Assembly: GCA_018221025.1 (NCBI GenBank)
Contig: JAAOXX010000001.1
Coordinates: 1-28,800, forward strand
DNA: 28,800 bases
DNA from: Candidatus Altiarchaeota archaeon
GTDB lineage: Archaea; SpSt-1190
Reading direction: 5' to 3'
Made by a program: the position numbers and the translations under genes. Of this stretch, positions 9,050 to 16,211 are shown one piece after another. Numbering within the stretch: position 1 is the first letter of the stretch; each line of letters opens with the position of its first letter. A model generated the notes under the pieces. The model was given only the letters and a program-made list of their open reading frames with translations. It ran no database searches and was not told the DNA's origin.

Positions 9050-9754
9050 GTGAGGGCTGAAAAAGTTTCAATGCGAATTGCAGGAGAAATTGTCCTGTCA
9101 GAGAATCCCGGAGCAATAATGCGAAAATGGCGTGAAATCTTTGGAATCTCTCAAAAAGACTTGTCAAGAAACTTAAAAATTAGTTCGTCAGTAATTTCTG
9201 ACTATGAATCTGGACGGCGAAAGTCACCCGGAACAAAACTGGTTGCAAAAATTGTGAATGCATTAATTGAGGTTGATGAAGAGCGTGGTGGTGCCGTGGT
9301 TCAAGAGTATACCAAGCTGCTCGAGGGGAGTCGTTTCTTCGAGGCAATACTTGCAATAAAGGAATTTGCTGAGCCGCGAAAGATTAAGGATATTGTAAAA
9401 TGTGTTGAAGGTGAATTCTTAGTTGGTGAAAAAAATCTTGACAATAATGTTTATGGTTACACTGTGGTTGATAGTATGAAGGCTATAATAGAATTGAGTC
9501 CATTAGAACTCGCAATGATTTATGGTACAACTACTCAGAGGGCATTAATTTTTGTAGGAGTTAGTCATGGAAGGAGTCCAATGTTGGCAATAAAATTGAC
9601 GAGTCTTAGACCATCAATGGTAGTACTCCACGGCCCAATCAAGGAACCAGACCCACTTGGAATGGAGCTCGCTAAGCGAGAAAGGATACCATTAGTATTA
9701 TCTCACGTTAAGGAAGTCGAAACACTTATTAACAATTTGAGGGGGCTGGATTGA
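9050..9754 (+). CDS. Archaeal XRE-HTH transcriptional regulator (COG1709-like)
   Basis: IAGEIVLSENPG..MRKWREIFGISQKDLS...SVISDYESGRRKSPG HTH; C-terminal GYTVVDS, GRSPMLAIK. Confidence 0.88.
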   Translation: MRAEKVSMRIAGEIVLSENPGAIMRKWREIFGISQKDLSRNLKISSSVISDYESGRRKSPGTKLVAKIVNALIEVDEERGGAVVQEYTKLLEGSRFFEAILAIKEFAEPRKIKDIVKCVEGEFLVGEKNLDNNVYGYTVVDSMKAIIELSPLELAMIYGTTTQRALIFVGVSHGRSPMLAIKLTSLRPSMVVLHGPIKEPDPLGMELAKRERIPLVLSHVKEVETLINNLRGLD

Positions 9755-10125
9755 GGGGACAACTCAGTCTAGAATTTCTCATAATTTTTTTCTTACTAAC
9801 AACATACCTATCAGTAGTATTCACCCTATTTTCTTCAACAAAGGCATCACTGGAACAAGCAGTTGACAAGAAAGTAGAGCAGCGCATATCTTCATGGACA
9901 AACTTCATATTTCAGAGGCCGAAAGGAACAGAAATACAATTGGAACTTAATCCGTTTCCAAACCGATTTGTAGGCATTAGGTGTGGTGAAAACCTCATTA
10001 TTACAACCCCATCAAAAATAACCACTATTGACATCGCATCAAATTGTGAAAGTCTTAACATAACGGGTAAATCTTGCATTTTAATTAAGAGAATAGATGG
10101 AGGTGTTCAAGTTTCAAGCTGTTGA
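9751..10125 (+). CDS. Class III signal peptide (type IV pilin-like) protein
   Basis: RG/QLSLE followed by a hydrophobic helix; TTGA overlap with upstream gene. Confidence 0.8.
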   Translation: MRGQLSLEFLIIFFLLTTYLSVVFTLFSSTKASLEQAVDKKVEQRISSWTNFIFQRPKGTEIQLELNPFPNRFVGIRCGENLIITTPSKITTIDIASNCESLNITGKSCILIKRIDGGVQVSSC

Positions 10126-10396
10126 ATTTCTAATTGCCCTCGGTATATTGATTGCGGCATTCTCCCCACTCTACATCTCAGCAAAGAAATATCACGAAAT
10201 CGCAGAAGCTGCACTTTTGAGATTCAATGAATCAATTAAGTATCAGAGTGCAAACTCACTCATACAAAACCTGCAATCATATGGAGAGCCATTTGAAGTT
10301 AAGGAGTTTGGAAAATTTGACCTGTCTAAATTAGATGGAGTCAGGTTTGACCTTATTTCCAATACATATACATACGACACATATTCGAGGTGGTAA
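10097..10396 (+). CDS. Pilin-like protein with degenerate class III signal
   Basis: KF/QAVEFLIALGILIAAF; sits between two other pilin-like genes. Confidence 0.6.
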   Translation: MEVFKFQAVEFLIALGILIAAFSPLYISAKKYHEIAEAALLRFNESIKYQSANSLIQNLQSYGEPFEVKEFGKFDLSKLDGVRFDLISNTYTYDTYSRW

Positions 10397-10397
10397 T

Positions 10398-10688
10398 TTG
10401 AAGGGACAAATATTCGAGCTGTTATTTTATCCACATATAGCAGTTCTCCTACTATTCTTTTTTTCATTTATGACTAGTGAATTAATTTCCGAAACGGTAA
10501 CACTGAAATCTGTATTGGCAAAATCAAATTCCGCAATCGCATCATCAAACCTAAACTTATTGAATTGTACACCAGACCACCACACTGGTTTCTGTAATAC
10601 CAACACTGAAACGGGCACATACTATATCAGAAGACTTGTGAGCGATGGCACAGCCATAAAAGAATTAATATTCCCTAATACGAATTAA
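10398..10688 (+). CDS. Class III signal peptide (pilin-like) protein
   Basis: TTG 10398 after GAGGTGG SD gives MKG/QIFELL plus a hydrophobic helix. Confidence 0.7.
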   Translation: MKGQIFELLFYPHIAVLLLFFFSFMTSELISETVTLKSVLAKSNSAIASSNLNLLNCTPDHHTGFCNTNTETGTYYIRRLVSDGTAIKELIFPNTN

Positions 10689-10691
10689 CTA

Positions 10692-10940
10692 ATGGACGAA
10701 TTTGTATTTTCTCCGGCATCATTGGACGTTAGCCCAGACAACTCAGTAGTGTTTAAATTTCCAAAATTCACAATAACTTTACTGGATTCCAAAGGAAAAT
10801 TATATGCGGAAGTATTGGAGAAAAACTCTCGAAAAACATTCAAATGCGAAGTCAAGGACAATTCTGACGAGTTGGATGCGGCAGTGAATAAAGTAATGGA
10901 TAAATTAAACAAGATAATTGAAGTAAACCGCAACAAATAA
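10692..10940 (+). CDS. Small hypothetical protein
   Basis: 82-aa ORF, 3 nt after the previous stop, same strand. Confidence 0.65.
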   Translation: MDEFVFSPASLDVSPDNSVVFKFPKFTITLLDSKGKLYAEVLEKNSRKTFKCEVKDNSDELDAAVNKVMDKLNKIIEVNRNK

Positions 10941-11047
10941 CTATTCTGTTAATGAGGTATGTGTATGTGGCTCTTTTATGTTTTAGTTACCGTCGGCGAA
11001 GGTGGGAAAATTGTCGAGCATCTTGAAAATGGAGGCGGATTCTGAAT

Positions 11048-14000
11048 ATGAAGAGTGGCTCAAGACTTGAAAAATTGTCAATGAGGGGTTTCAAATCATT
11101 TTCAAAGCCAACCACCCTATTATTTTCACCAGGAATAACTTCAATAGTTGGACCTAACGGTTCAGGAAAGAGCAATGTTCTCGACGCACTTAGTTTTGTA
11201 ATGGGGAGTTTGAGTTTCTCGGCCTTGAGGTCGAAGAGTGCGGAAAACCTTATCTATTTTGGAAAAACCAAGCAGTCAAATGATGCGGAAGTTGGACTTC
11301 GAATAAGGATAGATAGTGAATTTTCAGACGACGGAATTTTGAGTTTGAATCGAAAACTATCAAGAAATGGAACCAGCGTATATAGAATAAATGGAAAACG
11401 TTCAACAAGGCTTGCAACAATCGACATTCTCGCATCAATGCATATATTTCCAGACAGCCATAATATTGTTAGACAAGGAGATATAACGCGGTTTGTCAAT
11501 ATGAGTGCAAGACAACGACGGGAACTAATTGAAGTCGTTGCAGGAATTGAATTATATGAACGCAAAAAAACTAAAGCAATGACTGACCTTGACGGAGTTG
11601 AAATCAAAATTGAAAAAGTTGAGGCGGTTCACGGTGAACGGGTAAGAATTTTTACACAATTAAAGGAAGAGAAAGAAAAGGTCAACCAATTCAATAATAT
11701 GAAGGAATTGGAGGGGCGGGCAAAATATAGTATTCTATTGAATGATATTGAAAACCTAAGAAATAAATTAAATGAATTTAATAAAAACAAATCAAATAAG
11801 GAAGAAAAAATAAATGTGGTTGAGGAGTCAATGAAACAAAAAACTGATGAGTTGATGGTGGTAAGCTCAAATCTTGAAAAACGCGGTATGAGGGAAAAGG
11901 TTGGGGAAATGACGCGTCTCGAACGGTTGAAAATGGAATTTGAAAAGAAAGAAGAAGAAAAGCACAGAGAAACCACTGGTATTGAGAGTTCAAGCAAGCG
12001 CATAGAGTCAATAAAATCACAAGTTGCTGGTTTGAAAAGGCGTCAAAAGGATACTTATGAAGATATCTCAACCAAGCGAAACAGGTTGAAAGACATAAAA
12101 AAGGAAACTCAGGAATACAAGAAATTGCGGGATGAATTAACTGCTAAGGTTTCAAAAGCAAAGCAGGATTTTGAGCAGAGGAAACACAAGTATGAGCGTC
12201 TAAAAGAAAAGAAAGAAAGATGGACTCTCAAAAGTAAAGAGTTATTATTGGAAAAACAATCGAATGAACGCCTTACTCACGAATTAATACGAAAACTCAA
12301 GAATGAGGAGACTCGAAAATTGTCTCTTGAATCGGAAAAGCAAAAAATATTAGACGGAAAAAAAATACTTGAAAAAAGAATTTCATCAATCAATTTACAA
12401 CTGAAGGAGACTGAATCTAAATTGAAATTAGCAAGAGAAGGTGAAAAGGAAATCTTATACTCATCAACATTGCCTGAGGGGGTTAGAGAACTACAAAAAA
12501 AAGGTTACAAGGTGTTGGGTGAAGTGGTGGGGGACCCATCAGAAATAATGCCTTTTGCACTTAGCATTGTTGCATCCGATGCAGAAATTAAAACTATGAA
12601 AGTTGAGAAGGGGTGGGTCTATGTTGTTTCGGATAAAGTAGATATTGAAAAACTCAAAGAACTTTCAAAGATGGGGAGGGCAATTGGAAAAATAACCGGC
12701 CATGAATTCGTTAGTGCTAATCAAAGAAATGCGGAACTGGAAACTTTACAAAAAACAATTGAGTCTCTGGAAAAAAGAAGGGACTCCTTGAGGGAAGAGA
12801 GGTCTACTATTGATGGAAAATTAACACAAACATTTGATATGGAAAAAATGAAAAACACCATCGATTCAATTAAAATAATCAAAAGGGACATTTCTGAGCG
12901 GAAGACGAGATTGGTTGAAATTAATAGTGAAATGAAAGAATTGAGCGGTGAGGTTCTGAAAATGGGAGACTTGAAGGAGCCAACAATTGGAGAGGCTAGA
13001 CGACTCGAAGAAGTTACCTCAAAAATTTACTCATTGGAATCTGAATTAATGAGAACCTCTTCCGAAATAAAGGCGGAAGAAGATACACTAAAGAATTTGA
13101 TTGAGCCGGATATTTTGAATTATGAAAAATTGGGAAAAAGTATATCTGACGAGATAAAAAATAGTAAAGCTACAATCGCAGATACTGATAAGCGAAAAAT
13201 AGAAATTGGTGTTGAAATTAGGGAAGTCGAACTACGAATTGCCAAGATTGAAGGACTTTTATCTAAAGAAATAACAGTGAAATCAGAAATTGAAGAATTT
13301 CTAAAGGCATCTCAAAATACAGTTTATCAATTAAAGTCAGACATTGCCGTACTAAATGAAAAAATAAAGGGAATAACTGGGCGGATACAAAGCCTCGAAG
13401 AATCTAAACCTCAAGGAATTCAGAGAATAGAAAATCCCAGAGATGTGCTTAAACAAGTAGTAAACCAACTTGAACAATTAGGGACCTTAAATTTCAAGGC
13501 AATAGAAGAATTCAAAGAGGTTAGTGGACTTGTTGAGGATATAAGCGACCGTCTTAAAAAATTGCGAGATGAAAAAAACGCAATACTCTCTATGATGAAT
13601 GAAATTGAAAGCCAAAAATTCCAAATGTTCATGGAAACTTTTGAAAAGATAAATGCGAGTTTTTCAAAAATATTTTCTCAGGTAATTGAGGGGAGCAGTC
13701 GGCTCGAAATAGATGGTGATGACCCATTCGAATCAGGAGTCCATATTAAAACGCGAGTACAGCATAGAGACTTACCAACTGAATCTCTGTCCGGTGGACA
13801 AAAGACACTCGCGGCCCTTGCACTAATTTTTGCAATTCAGGAAGTAAAGCCATCACCCTTGTATGTGTTTGATGAAATTGATGCGGCTCTTGACAAACCG
13901 AATAGTGAAAAACTCGCAAAGATGTTTAAGAAAATGTCTGAAACAACACAAATAATTTCAATTACACATAATGACACAATGGTTAAGGAATCCGACCAAA

Positions 14001-14098
14001 TTGTTGGAGTTTACATAAATAAGGGAGCAAGTCGATTAGTCAGTCTTCCTAAAGATAAAGTTATGAAGGAAGCTGAAAGTTGGATTAGTAAAAACTAA
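11048..14098 (+). CDS. smc: Chromosome segregation ATPase SMC (short, divergent hinge)
   Basis: Walker A GPNGSGKSN, Q-loop NIVRQGDI, long coiled coils, signature LSGGQK, Walker B/D-loop YVFDEIDAALD, ITH; no CxxC zinc hook. Confidence 0.92.
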   Translation: MKSGSRLEKLSMRGFKSFSKPTTLLFSPGITSIVGPNGSGKSNVLDALSFVMGSLSFSALRSKSAENLIYFGKTKQSNDAEVGLRIRIDSEFSDDGILSLNRKLSRNGTSVYRINGKRSTRLATIDILASMHIFPDSHNIVRQGDITRFVNMSARQRRELIEVVAGIELYERKKTKAMTDLDGVEIKIEKVEAVHGERVRIFTQLKEEKEKVNQFNNMKELEGRAKYSILLNDIENLRNKLNEFNKNKSNKEEKINVVEESMKQKTDELMVVSSNLEKRGMREKVGEMTRLERLKMEFEKKEEEKHRETTGIESSSKRIESIKSQVAGLKRRQKDTYEDISTKRNRLKDIKKETQEYKKLRDELTAKVSKAKQDFEQRKHKYERLKEKKERWTLKSKELLLEKQSNERLTHELIRKLKNEETRKLSLESEKQKILDGKKILEKRISSINLQLKETESKLKLAREGEKEILYSSTLPEGVRELQKKGYKVLGEVVGDPSEIMPFALSIVASDAEIKTMKVEKGWVYVVSDKVDIEKLKELSKMGRAIGKITGHEFVSANQRNAELETLQKTIESLEKRRDSLREERSTIDGKLTQTFDMEKMKNTIDSIKIIKRDISERKTRLVEINSEMKELSGEVLKMGDLKEPTIGEARRLEEVTSKIYSLESELMRTSSEIKAEEDTLKNLIEPDILNYEKLGKSISDEIKNSKATIADTDKRKIEIGVEIREVELRIAKIEGLLSKEITVKSEIEEFLKASQNTVYQLKSDIAVLNEKIKGITGRIQSLEESKPQGIQRIENPRDVLKQVVNQLEQLGTLNFKAIEEFKEVSGLVEDISDRLKKLRDEKNAILSMMNEIESQKFQMFMETFEKINASFSKIFSQVIEGSSRLEIDGDDPFESGVHIKTRVQHRDLPTESLSGGQKTLAALALIFAIQEVKPSPLYVFDEIDAALDKPNSEKLAKMFKKMSETTQIISITHNDTMVKESDQIVGVYINKGASRLVSLPKDKVMKEAESWISKN

Positions 14099-14147
14099 GC
14101 TTTTAGAAAAAGCTTAACCAAAATTTGTGGAATTTTTGAAAAATGAA

Positions 14148-14245
14148 TATGATGCCTCAGTTATCACACGAGCTTTTCAAAAACCCGTCCCGACGGGTCG
14201 GGAAGCTCGACCAAAACAAAATAAGTATGATGCCTCAGTTATCAC
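14148..14245. repeat. Perfect 20-bp direct repeat pair around a hairpin
   Basis: TATGATGCCTCAGTTATCAC at 14148-14167 and 14226-14245; the 58-bp spacer holds nested inverted repeats. Confidence 0.9.
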
Positions 14246-14302
14246 CTCCTTTTCCTCAACCCCTCACAAGGAGAGTCAGGTCAAGCCACTATCCTCACAG
14301 GC
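14232..14302 (-). ncRNA. Box C/D guide sRNA (two guides)
   Basis: GCC-T-GTGAGGA (C, 14298-14292), 12-nt guide, CTGA (D', 14279-14276), CTCTC/GAGGG stem, TTGAGGA (C', 14259-14253), 14-nt guide, CTGA (D, 14238-14235), GGC; both K-turns have the 3-nt bulge and closing stem; TATA about 24 nt upstream; T-rich tract downstream. Confidence 0.78.
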
Positions 14303-14323
14303 TTAAACCCGTAAGTCGAAACC

Positions 14324-14334
14324 TTATAACTTTC
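14324..14334 (-). promoter_or_regulatory. BRE/TATA promoter of the C/D sRNA
   Basis: GAAAGTTATAA on the minus strand; TTATAA at 14329-14324, about 24 nt before the predicted 5' end. Confidence 0.55.
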
Positions 14335-14342
14335 TCGAAAAA

Positions 14343-14519
14343 TCAGAAATCGTCGGAAAACTTATCTTCAAATTCAGTTTCCTCATTACCAAATTCATCT
14401 TGAAATTGAGTCTTCTTCTTCTTATCGGAGTCGGCCTCTTCCATGCCTTCAAGGAACCCTTTGGCCTCCCAAGATTCATCTTCATCGTACTGATCTTCGA
14501 TACCACTTTCCCCAAACAT
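14343..14519 (-). CDS. Small acidic protein
   Basis: D/E-rich ORF (YDEDESWEAKGFLEGM); SD-like GTGAGGG before ATG 14519. Confidence 0.6.
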   Translation of the reverse strand: MFGESGIEDQYDEDESWEAKGFLEGMEEADSDKKKKTQFQDEFGNEETEFEDKFSDDF

Positions 14520-14547
14520 GAAAGCAACCCTCACTACTATTTTTAAA

Positions 14548-14579
14548 TTTTATGTATAACTTCCAAGTTATGTATAAAA
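14548..14579. promoter_or_regulatory. Imperfect 32-bp palindrome (operator or dif-like site)
   Basis: TTTTATGTATAA-CTTCCAAG-TTATGTATAAAA. Confidence 0.4.
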
Positions 14580-14609
14580 CGAGTAACTTTACGACAAAAA
14601 ACGAATTTT

Positions 14610-14822
14610 TCAGTTCCACTTGTGTTTTGGGTTTCGTGGAACAATTAACCAAGCAATAAAGTATAGTGATAACCCAGGGGGCCACAAAAAGCTTCCAAGA
14701 ATCCACATTAGTCGAACCAGTGATGGGTCAGTTCCAACATAATCTGCAACTCCACCACAAACACCACCTAAAACTCTGTCTTTATTGGAACGATAAATGC
14801 GCTTTACTTTTTTCTTTGCCAC
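14610..14822 (-). CDS. pspC: PspC-domain membrane protein
   Basis: RIYRSNKDRVLGGVCGGVADY...DPSLVRL...YFIAWLIVP. Confidence 0.92.
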   Translation of the reverse strand: MAKKKVKRIYRSNKDRVLGGVCGGVADYVGTDPSLVRLMWILGSFLWPPGLSLYFIAWLIVPRNPKHKWN

Positions 14823-14885
14823 ATATACTTCGGGTGGGTTCAGATTTTATAGTTATTGACTGAGACCACTTCACTGTAATTGAAG

Positions 14886-15497
14886 TCAGTTTACAAATAA
14901 TTCGCGTTTATTCCAGAGATAACCAATCAGCAGAATTGGGAGTATAACTCCCGAAAATGAGTAAAATGAGTCAGTCAACACATTGAGTAAAATAACTACA
15001 ACCTGTTGAAGCATATACAGAGTCCATCCAAGTTTTTTCATCTTTAGGAGAGAAATATTGGCAACGAGTCCAAAAATCCCTAATAGGAGCGGAGTCATCA
15101 AAAATGCAAAAAGAACAAATCCAGATGCTGTACCTATATCTCCCAGGAGTTGTAAAACAGGGACCATTTCAATGAATGTAGCCATGACTGTTGTCACAAT
15201 TGGGGCCATAACTACTGCCATAACTAAGATAGCTAAACCAAATAAAGTTGCCAGTGCGGAACCAATTAAACCAATCCATCCCATGAAGCCAATTAGTTTT
15301 GGTCGTGAAGTAGGTGAATTGAGATTCGAGGAGCCCGTTGAAGGACTTTTTTGAAATTCAGTAACTGCAGCATCAATATCTTCTTGAGACCAGCCCTGCC
15401 CGAGCAAACTCTGTTTAAGAGCTGGAATTGCATGGCCTTGAGAAGTGTAAGTCTTGAGATATGTAATCAACTGCGGGTTGGCCACAATATTAAGCAT
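14886..15497 (-). CDS. Membrane protein (about 4 TM) with small N-terminal helical domain
   Basis: N-terminal L..Y......G......K..L..QGW..EDI..A, Ser/Pro linker, hydrophobic helices. Confidence 0.75.
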   Translation of the reverse strand: MLNIVANPQLITYLKTYTSQGHAIPALKQSLLGQGWSQEDIDAAVTEFQKSPSTGSSNLNSPTSRPKLIGFMGWIGLIGSALATLFGLAILVMAVVMAPIVTTVMATFIEMVPVLQLLGDIGTASGFVLFAFLMTPLLLGIFGLVANISLLKMKKLGWTLYMLQQVVVILLNVLTDSFYSFSGVILPILLIGYLWNKRELFVN

Positions 15498-15516
15498 ACT
15501 TCGCGCATTTATGCTT

Positions 15517-16152
15517 TTAGACGGTTACTTTGTATATTCTTGAATACTTATCTGCATACACCAAGGCAAGCCCATCAAGTTCTTCCCCATTCCACATCTT
15601 AAACAAAACAAATTTATTGGCAGATTCTAAGGGGACATAATTTTCATCCAAGTATTCAGAAGGGTTCATATCCATTATAAGAAATAATGAATAGCTTTTT
15701 CCTCGTTCGCCATCAGTAATTAATATGTATTCCATTTCATTGGCTTTCATAGTTTGAATTAGGGTGGATATGTCTTCTGATAGAAACGCAGTTACGGCCC
15801 CCTTTATTTTCTCGTGAGACTCGCATTTTGGGCATTCAACGGCATCCAGTTCAGAATCAGAGAGTTGTGAATACATTGCAACAGTGAATAGGATTTCTTT
15901 AGATGGTGCAGTAATGAAAGGTTTTCGATTAGCCAATTGGTCAATTGTTTTTGCATAATCCCACCACGCAAAAATCGTTGAGTTTTCAGGCGTATTTTCA
16001 CGTAGCCAATTCATTGAGTCTGAAAGGTTATCATATACCGGAGTAAAACTATCAGGGTCAGCCATAACTTTAGTTACGCATCCGGCAAATAAAATCAAAA
16101 TAAGAAATGAAACCGCAGTTTTCATGGAAGCACTCATGGAAAACAAAGACAC
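15517..16152 (-). CDS. Putative lipoprotein with AglB/STT3 C-terminal-like domain
   Basis: Lipobox LILFAGC (likely start ATG 16125); NWLRENTPENSTIFAWWDYAK.I..LANRK resembles the STT3 WWDYG block. Confidence 0.7.
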   Translation of the reverse strand: MSLFSMSASMKTAVSFLILILFAGCVTKVMADPDSFTPVYDNLSDSMNWLRENTPENSTIFAWWDYAKTIDQLANRKPFITAPSKEILFTVAMYSQLSDSELDAVECPKCESHEKIKGAVTAFLSEDISTLIQTMKANEMEYILITDGERGKSYSLFLIMDMNPSEYLDENYVPLESANKFVLFKMWNGEELDGLALVYADKYSRIYKVTV

Positions 16153-16211
16153 CCTAAACTATTATGCATTGCCACCAAACATATTTAATTCCTTGAAAAA
16201 GAAGATGGATT

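Noticed and set aside
11048-14098. Rad50/SbcC instead of SMC
   Set aside because: No central CxxC zinc hook, no adjacent mre11, and head sequences are of the condensin SMC type.
14148-14245. CRISPR mini-array
   Set aside because: Only two 20-bp repeats, a 58-bp strongly structured spacer and no cas genes; one copy is explained as the 3' end of the C/D sRNA.
14239-14252. 16S rRNA 3'-end fragment, or an orphan SD for a hidden ORF
   Set aside because: No flanking 16S sequence; on the minus strand no ATG follows AGGAGGTGAT at a usable distance; the segment sits exactly between C' and D boxes.
14143-14330. SRP RNA, RNase P RNA or riboswitch
   Set aside because: No SRP helix-8 motif, GAGGAAA is not followed by GTCC, and no TPP or glycine consensus is present. 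ORF 14143..14403 is treated as a shadow of the sRNA.
14556-14571. loxP-like sequence (ATAACTTC...AAGTTAT)
   Set aside because: Only the outer loxP ends match and they are adjacent, without the inner arms or spacer; kept only as a generic palindrome.
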